The notes under the pieces: model-generated
Told to the model about the DNA's origin: nothing
Database searches by the model: none
Seen by the model: the letters and a program-made list of their open reading frames with translations, nothing else
Shown here: positions 48,308-57,999 of the stretch, piece by piece
Position numbering within the stretch: position 1 is the stretch's first letter
Layout: each line of letters opens with the position of its first letter
IMG/VR virus record: IMGVR_UViG_3300033121_001133
Coordinates: 73,380 to 137,379 of that record
DNA from: a virus
Lineage: Duplodnaviria; Caudoviricetes
DNA length: 64,000 nucleotides
Direction: 5' to 3' (one strand)
Made by a program: the position numbers and the translations under genes

Positions 48308-49110
48308 GACCATTCTTCATCGACACCGCCAATACTAAATACATCGAGACTTTGTGGGAGCAACTGCAATCCCATGTAGATCCTCAAAATGTTGTTGGAG
48401 TTACAACCAACCCCAATGCATTCTTGAAGACCTCGGATCTCACTCTACCACAGTGGTTTAGTCGAACTAAGGAACTATGCAAGCTGGTAACCCAGATTAG
48501 AGGAGATGATCGAGGTGTAGTATACATACAGGGTCCTAGCTCTAAGATGACGCCACAAGGTACTTTGGATTACGCTAAGAGGGTGAGGGAGCTTGGTGAT
48601 GGTCAGACCAAAGTAGGTCTGAAGATACCTCCATACAAGGACATACTGAGGATTGTACCCCAGCTATCGACAATTGTTGATGTCAATGTCACTGGTGTTG
48701 CTGACGCAGGAACAGCCCTGAGGTGTGCATCGTATGGGGTGCGCTATGTTAGCGTTATACCAGGTAGAATGGAGGAAGCTGGAATTGATGCACCACGTCA
48801 AATTGACTATATTCGGAGCGCCAATCTATTTGGTACTGATATTATTGCTGGTAGCATGAGGACCATCGCAGGTCTGAAGTGGACCATTGAATATGGTACA
48901 GTTCCCACTATTGGAGAGAGGGTGTGGAACTTACTGCTGGAGTCTCCAGCAGCTTTGGAGATGATTGCATCTTTGGAAGTTAAGTCAGACTTTCCGGCAT
49001 CAGAGTTTTGTCCTGTAATCGATAGCCGTAGTTTTAAGCTATCACATGCGTTCTTCCAGCAGATGGATCAATGTGGACAACAAGCAGCTGAATCACTATG
49101 GACACTGTAG
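48304..49110 (+). CDS. Divergent transaldolase/fructose-6-phosphate aldolase family protein
   Basis: FIDTAN, GVTTNP, LKIP (Schiff-base Lys), VNVT, S..PGRM, IAGSMR. Confidence 0.8.
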   Translation: MRPFFIDTANTKYIETLWEQLQSHVDPQNVVGVTTNPNAFLKTSDLTLPQWFSRTKELCKLVTQIRGDDRGVVYIQGPSSKMTPQGTLDYAKRVRELGDGQTKVGLKIPPYKDILRIVPQLSTIVDVNVTGVADAGTALRCASYGVRYVSVIPGRMEEAGIDAPRQIDYIRSANLFGTDIIAGSMRTIAGLKWTIEYGTVPTIGERVWNLLLESPAALEMIASLEVKSDFPASEFCPVIDSRSFKLSHAFFQQMDQCGQQAAESLWTL

Positions 49111-50189
49111 TAGTTACCGGTTGTGGGGGTTTGATTGGTCTGGAAGCCGCTGAGTTCTTTCTTTCTAAGGGATTGAGGGTTGTGGGGATCGACAATAACC
49201 TCAGAGAGTATTTTTTTGGTCAAGATGGTTCAGTCGAGTCTAACTTAGACAAGCTCAGACAGCTGCCCAACTTCCACTTACATTATGTGGACATTAGGGA
49301 TAGAGCCAATTTAGAGTCCATATTCTCAGTAAGGGCTGGAGACATCAAGGCAGTCATTCATACCGCGGCTCAACCATCGCATGATTGGGCAGTCAAGGAG
49401 CCTCTAACGGACTTCAACGTTAACGCTACCGGAACACTTAACCTACTAGAGTTAACTCGCAAGTACGCTCCTAAAGCTACCTTTATCTTCACTTCAACTA
49501 ACAAGGTGTATGGGGACAGCCCAAATCAACTACCCCTATTAGAGTTAGAGTCTAGATACGAGATTGACTACAACCACCCATATTTCTGTGGTATACCTGA
49601 GACACATACTATTGACCAAAGCAAGCACAGTCTATTTGGCTGCTCAAAGCTCGCAGCGGACATCTACGTACAAGAGTATGGTAGGTACTTTGGGATGAAC
49701 ACTGTAGTATTCCGTGGGGGATGTCTAACAGGATCAAAGCATCGTGGAGCTGAACTTCATGGCTTTCTAAATTACCTAGTCAAGTGTGCCATCGAAGGAA
49801 AGACCTACACCATCCATGGCTACAAAGGCAAGCAGGTAAGGGATAACATACACTCCAGCGACCTGGTTGCAGCATTTTATGAGGTGTACCAAAGCCCTAG
49901 ATCTGGAGAAGTCTACAACATCGGCGGAGGACGTGATTCTAATTGCTCTGTGTTGGAGGCTATCGAAATGATCGAACAGACCGTGGGAACTACGATGAAG
50001 ATTGTGTATAGTGATACTAACCGGAGCGGGGATCATCAATGGTGGATTAGTGATACAGCTAAGTTCCAACGACACTACCCTAATTGGAGTTGCAAATACA
50101 GCATCAAGGGCATTATAGAGGAGTTAGTAGCAAACTACAAGCATGAGCAACTACCAGTCTCAGTTTCAGCAGGACAGGATTCTGAATGA
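49098..50189 (+). CDS. NAD-dependent NDP-sugar epimerase (CDP-paratose 2-epimerase-like)
   Basis: [49 protein letters not shown]. Confidence 0.88.
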   Translation: MDTVVVTGCGGLIGLEAAEFFLSKGLRVVGIDNNLREYFFGQDGSVESNLDKLRQLPNFHLHYVDIRDRANLESIFSVRAGDIKAVIHTAAQPSHDWAVKEPLTDFNVNATGTLNLLELTRKYAPKATFIFTSTNKVYGDSPNQLPLLELESRYEIDYNHPYFCGIPETHTIDQSKHSLFGCSKLAADIYVQEYGRYFGMNTVVFRGGCLTGSKHRGAELHGFLNYLVKCAIEGKTYTIHGYKGKQVRDNIHSSDLVAAFYEVYQSPRSGEVYNIGGGRDSNCSVLEAIEMIEQTVGTTMKIVYSDTNRSGDHQWWISDTAKFQRHYPNWSCKYSIKGIIEELVANYKHEQLPVSVSAGQDSE

Positions 50190-50790
50190 TCACTTCTTTC
50201 ATAATAGGAGAGGAGGTGTATTTGTAGATATAGGAGCTCACGATGGTAAGACCCTAAGCAATACTTACTTCTTTGAGAAGGAGTTGGGTTGGACAGGGTT
50301 GTGTGTAGAGCCCTTGCCATCAGTATTTGAGCAGCTCAAGGCTAATCGCGATTGCTTAGTGGTTAATGGATGTGCTTGGAATCAAGACACTGTTAAGACT
50401 TTTCGATCAATTGAAGGCTACTCAGAGATGTTGAGTGGGTTAGTGGATACCTACCCCAATCAACACATTAACAGGATTGATCAAGAGGTTGAAGCTCATG
50501 GAGGAAAGGTAGTGGATCTTGAGGTAACGTGCTACAACATCAACTCTCTATTGCTGAAGCACAAGCTAACTGAGATTGATCTGATCAGTATTGACGTAGA
50601 GGGTAGTGAGCTAGAGATTCTTGCTGCTATCGACTACGATCAGATCAAGGTTAACATAGTGTTGGCTGAGAATAACTACGAAGACGACAACCTACGGAGC
50701 TTCATGCAGAGCATGGGTTTTGATCCAGTCGGTAGGATCGAGATCGATGATGTGTTCGCTAGAATAGGATGGGATCATACCACCAAGTAA
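50143..50790 (+). CDS. FkbM-family methyltransferase
   Basis: [32 protein letters not shown]. Confidence 0.88.
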   Translation: MSNYQSQFQQDRILNDHFFHNRRGGVFVDIGAHDGKTLSNTYFFEKELGWTGLCVEPLPSVFEQLKANRDCLVVNGCAWNQDTVKTFRSIEGYSEMLSGLVDTYPNQHINRIDQEVEAHGGKVVDLEVTCYNINSLLLKHKLTEIDLISIDVEGSELEILAAIDYDQIKVNIVLAENNYEDDNLRSFMQSMGFDPVGRIEIDDVFARIGWDHTTK

Positions 50791-51422
50791 TGGAGATACA
50801 GTACATACAGCAAAGGCTTCAGTCAATCGCCAACCCGATCATCTTTGACATTGGTGCATGCAACTTTGATGATAGTATGGCATTCAAGAGTGCATTTCCA
50901 AATGCTACTGTGATTGCCTTCGAGCCCGATCAGGATAACCTAGACGACTACGCTAGCAAAGCCTATGATGTGGGAATCTCAATCGCTCCAATTGCACTAT
51001 CCGATCAGGATGGTGCAACTACCTTCTTTCCTAGTGACAACCTCAACGGAAAGGTGTGGCGGTACTCAGGTTCTATAATGAAGCCTAGGATGAAGCCCGG
51101 TAGTAGAGAGGGTGTTAATCACCCTGGACTGCTATTCGATGATAAAGGCTACGAAGTACAGACTGTGCGTCTTGATACTTTCTGTAAGCTGAATTCAATC
51201 AACCGAATTGACCATATTCACATCGATGTACAAGGCGCTGAGATGAAGGTTCTCAGTGCAATGGGCGATCTGAGGCCTCAAACCATCTTTGCAGAGACTT
51301 GTGAGTTTGATACCTACGAAACTGGAGTTACATTAGAGTCATTTGATGCCTTCATGCAACAACTAGGTTATCGAGTGGAGAGGAGGTTTGAGTACGACAC
51401 ACTATACGAGTATGGAAAATAG
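50790..51422 (+). CDS. FkbM-family methyltransferase
   Basis: IFDIGAC, AFEPD, RLD.F, HIDVQGAE. Confidence 0.85.
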   Translation: MEIQYIQQRLQSIANPIIFDIGACNFDDSMAFKSAFPNATVIAFEPDQDNLDDYASKAYDVGISIAPIALSDQDGATTFFPSDNLNGKVWRYSGSIMKPRMKPGSREGVNHPGLLFDDKGYEVQTVRLDTFCKLNSINRIDHIHIDVQGAEMKVLSAMGDLRPQTIFAETCEFDTYETGVTLESFDAFMQQLGYRVERRFEYDTLYEYGK

Positions 51423-52209
51423 GTTCAAGATCGTTATACCCTCCTACAATAACCAGGAGTGGGTTGAGTATAACCTAGCAAGCATACTCAATCAAACCTA
51501 CACCAACTATGAGGTGCTGTATATCGATGACGCTTCAACTGACAATACCCTAGACAAGGTCAAGGAGATTGTAGGTAACCTCCCTAACTGGAAGGTGGTA
51601 AGCAATCCAGTTAATATGAAGAGAGGGTTCAATATATCTCCTCAGAACCCTCACATAGTTTCGTTGATGAAGCACGACAGCGATATATTAGTGTTCGTTG
51701 ATGGTGATGATTGGTTAGCAGACAACTACGTACTTGAGAATCTCAACCGATTCTACAACAGAGAGAGCCCATGGATGACTTATGGTCGGTATGTGGATTA
51801 TCCAGAGTATACCTACCCCTCAACGCAAAATACCGCCTATCCAGAGCACGTCCACGCTAACAAGCTCTACCGTAAGGATGTGTGGCGAGCCTCTCACCTT
51901 AGAACATTCAAATGGTTCCTATACCGGCAAATCAAGCCCGAAAGTCAAAGAATCCACCAAGTAGGCAACTACTACTACCATGCAGAGGATCTCGCTACTA
52001 CCTTCCCTTGCTTAGAGATGTGCCCTCCGGAAAAGATTGGAGTTCTAGATTTTGTTGCGTATGTTTTCAACAACACTAAGGGCAATAGTGCAAGGTCGCA
52101 GGAACGTACACACAAGGCTGAGAATGAGGGCCTTGAGTGGGAGATCCGATCAGCTACCCCCTATCCAACACTAAATGAGAATCAGCTTCATTATACCCTC
52201 CCGCAATAA
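51412..52209 (+). CDS. GT-A (GT2) glycosyltransferase
   Basis: IVIPSYN, IDDASTD, VDGDDWL, SHLRTF. Confidence 0.88.
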   Translation: MENRFKIVIPSYNNQEWVEYNLASILNQTYTNYEVLYIDDASTDNTLDKVKEIVGNLPNWKVVSNPVNMKRGFNISPQNPHIVSLMKHDSDILVFVDGDDWLADNYVLENLNRFYNRESPWMTYGRYVDYPEYTYPSTQNTAYPEHVHANKLYRKDVWRASHLRTFKWFLYRQIKPESQRIHQVGNYYYHAEDLATTFPCLEMCPPEKIGVLDFVAYVFNNTKGNSARSQERTHKAENEGLEWEIRSATPYPTLNENQLHYTLPQ

Positions 52210-53416
52210 CCTACGTTACTTGCAGCAGGCCGTTGCTTCAATACAAGCGTGCTATGGTGATAGCCACGATATAGTGCTACTAGATGATGCTTCCACTGAT
52301 GGAACCTGGGAGTGGATCAAGAGCCTTCAAGGGGCCAATATAATCAAGTACGGAAACATAGGTCCAGAGCGAGTTGGTCACACCATCCTGTACGACAAGG
52401 GAGTGGAGCTATCGAGGACCAAAGTGTTCACTATCTTCCATGCAGATATGATCACTACTCCCAACCACATACCCAACATGCTTAAGCATTTGAAGCGATA
52501 TCATGTGGTTTGTGCAACCAGGGTGGAGCCACCACTTCACCCCCCAGGCCCAGAGAAACATGTTAAGATGTTTGGTCTAGAGCCTGAGGAGTTCAAGCAG
52601 GATCAGTTCATGCAGTTTGTTGCGCAAGAAGAGATTACTAAGCAAGACCGAGTCACTAAGGGCATCTTCGCTCCATGGTGCATGTACAAGAAGGACTTCG
52701 CCGCCATAGGAGGGCATGATCCTCTATTTGCACCAATGGAGCTGGAAGACTCCGACATCTTTAACAGAATGTATTTAGCTGGCTATAAGCTAATACAATC
52801 TTGGGACTCGCTGGTATACCACATGACTTGTCGTGGAAGTAGGTTCAAGGGTGGATTGGAGATCGAGGCTGAGATTCCTCTCCCAGATGGTACTACCTGG
52901 TATAAGCCTAAAGACTCGGAGGAATACAAAGCTCTTCGAGCAATTAAGTTTCGAGAGTGGTGGAGAAAATGGGGATCTAATGTACTACACGATCAGTTTA
53001 TGATGCCGATTGTTGCTCCTAAGTATGACATCGGATTCTATGTGGAGCACTGCACTGAGGATAAGCTGAGATTACTAGAGCCTTGGTGTTCGACGATCCA
53101 TACCGATGAGCCATGGTACAACTACCGAATCAAAGAGCAGCCAAATACCAAATTCGATCTCTACAAGAGGATACAGTCTACGGCTACTCTGCCAAGTAAT
53201 GAGATTGTGGTGTATTTTGATGCACAGCAATTAGCTGCACGGAGCTGGGAGATCATTCAAAATCTAGGAGCAATTATTGAATCCAGTGGTACGATCGGAC
53301 TGTTTCAGCTGGATATATTCCAAGTCGAGATCAAGGGTATGACCCGCCACGAACAAGATCTAATTGTATGCGATACTACATCCTACTACCAGGAGACAGA
53401 GAAGAGGACTGTGTGA
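52175..53416 (+). CDS. GT-A (GT2) glycosyltransferase
   Basis: SFIIPSRN, LDDASTDGT, HADM, GGHD..F, EDSD...R. Confidence 0.88.
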   Translation: MRISFIIPSRNNLRYLQQAVASIQACYGDSHDIVLLDDASTDGTWEWIKSLQGANIIKYGNIGPERVGHTILYDKGVELSRTKVFTIFHADMITTPNHIPNMLKHLKRYHVVCATRVEPPLHPPGPEKHVKMFGLEPEEFKQDQFMQFVAQEEITKQDRVTKGIFAPWCMYKKDFAAIGGHDPLFAPMELEDSDIFNRMYLAGYKLIQSWDSLVYHMTCRGSRFKGGLEIEAEIPLPDGTTWYKPKDSEEYKALRAIKFREWWRKWGSNVLHDQFMMPIVAPKYDIGFYVEHCTEDKLRLLEPWCSTIHTDEPWYNYRIKEQPNTKFDLYKRIQSTATLPSNEIVVYFDAQQLAARSWEIIQNLGAIIESSGTIGLFQLDIFQVEIKGMTRHEQDLIVCDTTSYYQETEKRTV

Positions 53417-53604
53417 ATGAAGTCAACCAGCTAGGAGAGTTGAGCCTTGGAACTTTCTATACAAGGCAAGGTATGCAGGTACTAAATAACATAGTCAATT
53501 CCGAGCCTGCGCTGCTGAACTATATTAGACTGCAGGATGAGTCGGGAAGACAGCTGACTTTGGAGCACTTTTTTGAGAGCATATCTGATGCAAGGATTCG
53601 TTAA
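53368..53604 (+). CDS. Hypothetical protein
   Basis: 78-aa ORF in the operon direction. Confidence 0.5.
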   Translation: MRYYILLPGDREEDCVNEVNQLGELSLGTFYTRQGMQVLNNIVNSEPALLNYIRLQDESGRQLTLEHFFESISDARIR

Positions 53605-53642
53605 TCCAATACAATATGACTATTTATAGCAAACCTTCTGTG

Positions 53643-54152
53643 ATGAGGATTGTAGTGCTACCGGTTCAAGGTGCCAAACCAGAAACCTACTCCATTCAGG
53701 TGGTGGATGGAGATCGGGTGGTGCACAGTGAGCAAGCCGAGGGCATATCTCAGAGAGATAGGTTGATATGGCAATTGGCTGATCTCTACGATGTGCCTGA
53801 TGTAGTGTTAGATCCAAGCCTCAATCCGATCGCTGCTGAGGTGTCATCTGAACTGCAGGAATTCAAGTTCTCTGAGATTCCCTCCATTCCAGTGCTTCAG
53901 GAGGATGAAGCCGAGGCTTTCTTTGAGAGCAATCAAAGAATCATCTACGATAGGATGATTCAAGCCGTTGCGGAGGCAGTTAGTGTCAATCGCAGCTTCA
54001 TCAGGTTGTTTGAGCTTAATGGGACCGGAGTATACTTGACCTCTCAACGAGGTGCTTGGAAGGCTGGACTGAATCAGGCTATGGAGTACTTCCTAAGCAA
54101 AGAGGACTATGAGCGGTGTGGTACAATCAAGCAGCTATTAGCTAAGGTGTAA
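53643..54152 (+). CDS. Hypothetical protein with a UVR-like C-terminus
   Basis: C-terminal EDYERC..IKQLL; TATTTATA at 53621-53628 suggests the ATG at 53643. Confidence 0.5.
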   Translation: MRIVVLPVQGAKPETYSIQVVDGDRVVHSEQAEGISQRDRLIWQLADLYDVPDVVLDPSLNPIAAEVSSELQEFKFSEIPSIPVLQEDEAEAFFESNQRIIYDRMIQAVAEAVSVNRSFIRLFELNGTGVYLTSQRGAWKAGLNQAMEYFLSKEDYERCGTIKQLLAKV

Positions 54153-54165
54153 ACTATAAGTCGCT

Positions 54166-54768
54166 ATGTTACGAAGGGGTCGTACTGCAACATTACTTCA
54201 GTCTCAGATCGAGCACGCTATGAAGGTTACCCGATCCAATCGGAAAGCTGCTGAATATCTGAGAGTGAGCTATCCTCTATACTGCAGGTTTGCTAAGACC
54301 TATAGAAACAAGGACGGCGTTTCTCTTTTCGATGCCCATAAGAACCAAGCGGGCAGGGGGATATCAAAACAAATGCCCTCAACTCGAAGGTATCACTTAG
54401 ACGACATTCTCAAAGGCAAACATCCCAGCTATCCTACTGAAAAGCTGTTGCGAAGGTTGATTGTTAGTGGGTATATTGTTGAGCAGTGTAACCACTGCGG
54501 ATACAATCAGAAGCGGCCTACAGATCAAGCCACTCCTCTACTACTACACCATGTAGATGGGAACACAAGCAACCACGTGTCTTCTAACCTAGAACTACTA
54601 TGCTACAACTGCTACTTCATGCTAGTAGGTAACATAAGAATCGGTAAGCAATACTTTGATAGGCCAGAGCATGAGAGTGAGCAATCCGCGTCAGAGCTTT
54701 CCGACACCTTTGAGGTACTGACAGAAGAGGAGAAGTTGAACCTGATTAAATCGCTCTCAAAGCCGTGA
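54166..54768 (+). CDS. HTH plus HNH-like nuclease domain protein
   Basis: SNRKAAEYLRVSY HTH; CNHCG...LHHVDGN..N....NLELLCYNC. Confidence 0.7.
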   Translation: MLRRGRTATLLQSQIEHAMKVTRSNRKAAEYLRVSYPLYCRFAKTYRNKDGVSLFDAHKNQAGRGISKQMPSTRRYHLDDILKGKHPSYPTEKLLRRLIVSGYIVEQCNHCGYNQKRPTDQATPLLLHHVDGNTSNHVSSNLELLCYNCYFMLVGNIRIGKQYFDRPEHESEQSASELSDTFEVLTEEEKLNLIKSLSKP

Positions 54769-55202
54769 TTGCTGAAATAGCAGCTAAGAAGTTACGCCAG
54801 CTGGAGAGAAGGTTTATACCGAGGATCAGGCATACAGATCTCTACTCGGTCTTCAGATTAGGCCTATTAGCACCAGTATATCTCCTACTGTTAGTGGAGC
54901 TTGCGATAAGTCGAATCAAAGCTCTACTAACCTCCAGCAAATCCACCTCTCTCAAACTACTGAACATAGTTGATGGTTGGGCCAATCTAGCCGCTGTGGA
55001 TCCTAAGGTGGAGATACTAGCTCATAAGAGAGCGTCTATATGTGCTCAATGCCCAGCAGCAGTTGCTTCTGGTGCTTTGTATACTGTAGTAGTGGATAAT
55101 AGAACAAAGCAAATTCGAGGAATGAGTTGTCAGGACTGTGGATGTCCACTAAGCGCTAAGGTACGTTCAGTGAATGATAGCTGCCCTCGAGGTAAATGGT
55201 AA
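54765..55202 (+). CDS. Hypothetical Cys-rich protein with an N-terminal hydrophobic segment
   Basis: ICAQCP...CQDCGCPL.AK.R....CP.GKW. Confidence 0.55.
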   Translation: MIAEIAAKKLRQLERRFIPRIRHTDLYSVFRLGLLAPVYLLLLVELAISRIKALLTSSKSTSLKLLNIVDGWANLAAVDPKVEILAHKRASICAQCPAAVASGALYTVVVDNRTKQIRGMSCQDCGCPLSAKVRSVNDSCPRGKW

Positions 55203-55205
55203 GTT

Positions 55206-55445
55206 ATGGCTGGATACGCGATTCTACTGCACCACGATGAAATGAATTCAGTGCACTTTGTGGCTGAAGCCATTGCTCCATTATTTGGCTACGAGAAAAC
55301 TCAAGCCTACAACTGTGCCTATCTGATGTACAATCAAGGGCAGTATGTAGCAAAGCGCTATAAAGCCTCTGAGAAGTGTGAGGCTACTAACTGCTTAGAA
55401 GCTCTTCAACAAAGAGGAATACCAGCTGAGATAATAAGGCTGTAG
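55206..55445 (+). CDS. ClpS-like N-degron adaptor
   Basis: ILLHHDEMNSVHFV..AI..LF.....QA..CA......G..V pattern of the ClpS core. Confidence 0.6.
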   Translation: MAGYAILLHHDEMNSVHFVAEAIAPLFGYEKTQAYNCAYLMYNQGQYVAKRYKASEKCEATNCLEALQQRGIPAEIIRL

Positions 55446-55447
55446 CT

Positions 55448-55479
55448 GTTGCACGCCTGGTTATTATTTCGTAACTTCA
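55448..55479 (+). promoter_or_regulatory. Putative promoter (GTTG-N20-TAACTTCA)
   Basis: Recurrent motif before the ATG at 55503. Confidence 0.55.
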
Positions 55480-55502
55480 AGCTAAATCAAAACCCCAGTA
55501 TA

Positions 55503-55730
55503 ATGTATTTCACAGTAGCAGTTAAGATTAGGCGTGACGATGACAAGGGAAAGACTAAGACCTACACCGAACGCTATTTAGTACAAGCCGTATCTGTTAC
55601 CGATTCGGAAGCGATCGTGGTTAAGTATATGGAGAAGCTCGGCGAGAAGGACTTCACAATCAGCTCTTCTAGCGTATCTAAGATCGTAGATGTGATTGAC
55701 GAATACTTCAAAGTAGCATCTAAGCCCTGA
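55503..55730 (+). CDS. DUF4494-like protein
   Basis: K.K..TERYLV.AVSVTDSEA...KIVDV, a pattern characteristic of Bacteroidota and their phages. Confidence 0.65.
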   Translation: MYFTVAVKIRRDDDKGKTKTYTERYLVQAVSVTDSEAIVVKYMEKLGEKDFTISSSSVSKIVDVIDEYFKVASKP

Positions 55731-55999
55731 TGACTGAGCAGCTGTTTCCCTTACAAAGGCTTAGTCAGCAGACTACGCCAGCTAGCGTCTTTAAGGTGCG
55801 TACTCAGCATCCCTCGATTGCAGAAGAGTATGAGAAGCTTATGCTAGAGCAGTATGAGCTGTTTTGTAAGAAAATGCTGGACTATGGTGTTGATAACATT
55901 GCGGCTGGTACCAAGCTGGAGACTGTCGATGATACCCTACAGGATCTATCCATTTATGGACTGATTGCTCGAATTGTAGCCAAAGGAAAGTGGAAGTAG
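55730..55999 (+). CDS. DUF1599/Nmad1-like protein (appears internally shortened)
   Basis: F.KK..DYG..NI and DTL.DL..Y.LI....W motifs. Confidence 0.6.
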   Translation: MTEQLFPLQRLSQQTTPASVFKVRTQHPSIAEEYEKLMLEQYELFCKKMLDYGVDNIAAGTKLETVDDTLQDLSIYGLIARIVAKGKWK

Positions 56000-56006
56000 T
56001 GCACCT

Positions 56007-56038
56007 GTTGCGAGTTTGATCTGACTGGCGTATATTTA
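56007..56038 (+). promoter_or_regulatory. Putative promoter (GTTG-N20-TATATTTA)
   Basis: Recurrent motif; close match to the 62668 copy. Confidence 0.65.
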
Positions 56039-56060
56039 CTTGCTACAAATAACAAGCAGC

Positions 56061-56306
56061 ATGAGCACAATTGGAAAGAAGTGTACTGTATGTGGAGTTG
56101 AGATCCCTGCAGGTCGAATTAAGGCAGTTCCCAATACAAGAACTTGTGTACAGCACTCCCAAACAGATCGATATGTTGGCACTGTGGTATCAATTGGTAA
56201 CCCGGAGGCTGGTGATTCCTTCCAAGAGTTTGACATTGTGCGTACGGAAGAGGGCAAGCGCAAGCTCCATCACTATCAGTCCCAACTTGGAAGCTACCGC
56301 AACTGA
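56061..56306 (+). CDS. TraR/DksA-like zinc-finger protein
   Basis: CTVCGVEIP.GR.KAVP.T.TCVQH. Confidence 0.7.
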   Translation: MSTIGKKCTVCGVEIPAGRIKAVPNTRTCVQHSQTDRYVGTVVSIGNPEAGDSFQEFDIVRTEEGKRKLHHYQSQLGSYRN

Positions 56307-56324
56307 ACCTGCTAGATCGGTTAC

Positions 56325-56633
56325 ATGAAGGTTGATAGCCCATTTCCACCTGCAATCGTACAATTGGCCTCTGGTCGATATGTGGTTGGGGGATCAAAGT
56401 GGATTAAGGTAGATCCTACATTCACCCTACAACAAGCCCACGATGCGTGGACTCCTCCCAAGATTAACAACGTACAGCCATCTGGAACTAAGACCTTCCA
56501 AGTTGCAAGTAGCAAGGGAGATCAGATCTATCAGGTGGTATTTGCCTCAGGCCACTACTCATGTACTTGTACTGGATTTGGGTTCAGGCGTAGATGTAAG
56601 CATGTAGACCAGGCTAAAAGTCTCAACCAATGA
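56325..56633 (+). CDS. SWIM zinc-finger protein
   Basis: V.SSKG...Y.V......CTC.GF..RR.CKH. Confidence 0.75.
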   Translation: MKVDSPFPPAIVQLASGRYVVGGSKWIKVDPTFTLQQAHDAWTPPKINNVQPSGTKTFQVASSKGDQIYQVVFASGHYSCTCTGFGFRRRCKHVDQAKSLNQ

Positions 56634-56777
56634 CGATGAGCCTATATCTACTCGACTCTGTGATAGTGGATAAAGTCCAATACCTAATCTACACAAAGGA
56701 TCCACAGCTAGCATCCATCACGCGGACCAAAAGTCTGCAGGATGGTCTCAAAGAGCTCGAGTGAAAAGATAATAGAC

Positions 56778-57236
56778 ATGACAGATCAATATAGCAGGCC
56801 AGAGGTGTTTGTCTGTGAGTGCGGCTCTTTAAGCCATGTGTATCAGTTGTGGTACGATGAGGAAGAGGGAGATCTACACTGGTACGTTACCATTCGCCAG
56901 TATCGTAGCTTCTTACAGCGCATATGGCGAGCATTGGGTTACATTGTAGGCAAGAAGGCTCGATTTGGTGATTATGATGGTTTTATCATCAACCCAGACG
57001 ATATCAAAGCGATTAGGCGTTTCTTGGACAAGGCTGAAGTCAATCAACTGTTAACCCACAATCCAGAAATAGCGCAGAGTGGTATTAGGTGCTGGGGTGC
57101 TGAAGATAAGTTCGCCAGGTGGCTGTTATCGACTACAACCTTCTCTAAGGAGTTGTGTGGTGGGAGAGTGATCGATATGAGTCCGGAGCAGATCCTGGAC
57201 GAGATTGGTAGGATTGAACATGGTGTGTTTTTTTAG
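56778..57236 (+). CDS. Hypothetical protein with a C-terminal Xre/MbcA/ParS antitoxin-like domain
   Basis: N-terminal CECGS..H; C-terminal WG.EDKF.RWL.....LCGG..IDM....ILDEIGRIEHGVF. Confidence 0.55.
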   Translation: MTDQYSRPEVFVCECGSLSHVYQLWYDEEEGDLHWYVTIRQYRSFLQRIWRALGYIVGKKARFGDYDGFIINPDDIKAIRRFLDKAEVNQLLTHNPEIAQSGIRCWGAEDKFARWLLSTTTFSKELCGGRVIDMSPEQILDEIGRIEHGVFF

Positions 57237-57249
57237 AAGATTTATCTAG

Positions 57250-57999
57250 ATGGGTAGAACGCTAGTTATAGGAGATATTCACGGGGCATACAAATGTCTC
57301 GTGGAGGTGCTTGAGAAAGCGGGTCCAGCAGATAGGATCATTTTTCTAGGAGACTATGTAGATGGTCTGCCAGATACTCCTAAGGTAATAGATCACATAA
57401 TCTCTCTCGGGGATAAGGTTGTGTGTCTCCGAGGCAACCACGATCAGTGGGCTTTGGATTGGCTAACTCGATGCCGCACCCAACGCAGCTATAAGATCTT
57501 TCCGGATCCTGTTCACTATAAACAAGGTGGCCAAAGTACCTACGAGAGTTACCAGCAATTAGAGGATAAGGAGTGGAAGATGAACTTGCACTGGGACTTC
57601 TTGGAAAATCACACTATTGTGCGATTTCAGGATGAGCAAGGTAGGGTGTTTGTCCATGGTGGATTTGAGAGGGGTATTTTTGAGCCAGACCAGGAGCTTA
57701 TGTGGAATCGATCTCTGATTCAGAGAGCCTACGAGCTTCACCATAACTGGCTTCGATCCGGTCCACCTCAAAGTGGACAGTTACCTCTGAGGTTTAGTCA
57801 ATACCCTGAGATCTACGTAGGCCACACCGTTACGAAGTTTTTAGGTGGACAGGAAAAGGTTGAGAACTGGCTCAATCTTTGGGCGATGGACACCAACTGT
57901 GGATGGGGTGGACCTTTGTGTGCCATGGATGTAGATACAAAGGAGTGCTTCTACTCAACACCGGCACGTGAATTGTATCCTGAGTATAAAGGCAGATGA
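57250..57999 (+). CDS. Metallophosphoesterase (Ser/Thr protein phosphatase-like)
   Basis: GDIHG, LGDYVD, RGNHD, FVHGG, VGHT, DT.CG. Confidence 0.9.
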   Translation: MGRTLVIGDIHGAYKCLVEVLEKAGPADRIIFLGDYVDGLPDTPKVIDHIISLGDKVVCLRGNHDQWALDWLTRCRTQRSYKIFPDPVHYKQGGQSTYESYQQLEDKEWKMNLHWDFLENHTIVRFQDEQGRVFVHGGFERGIFEPDQELMWNRSLIQRAYELHHNWLRSGPPQSGQLPLRFSQYPEIYVGHTVTKFLGGQEKVENWLNLWAMDTNCGWGGPLCAMDVDTKECFYSTPARELYPEYKGR

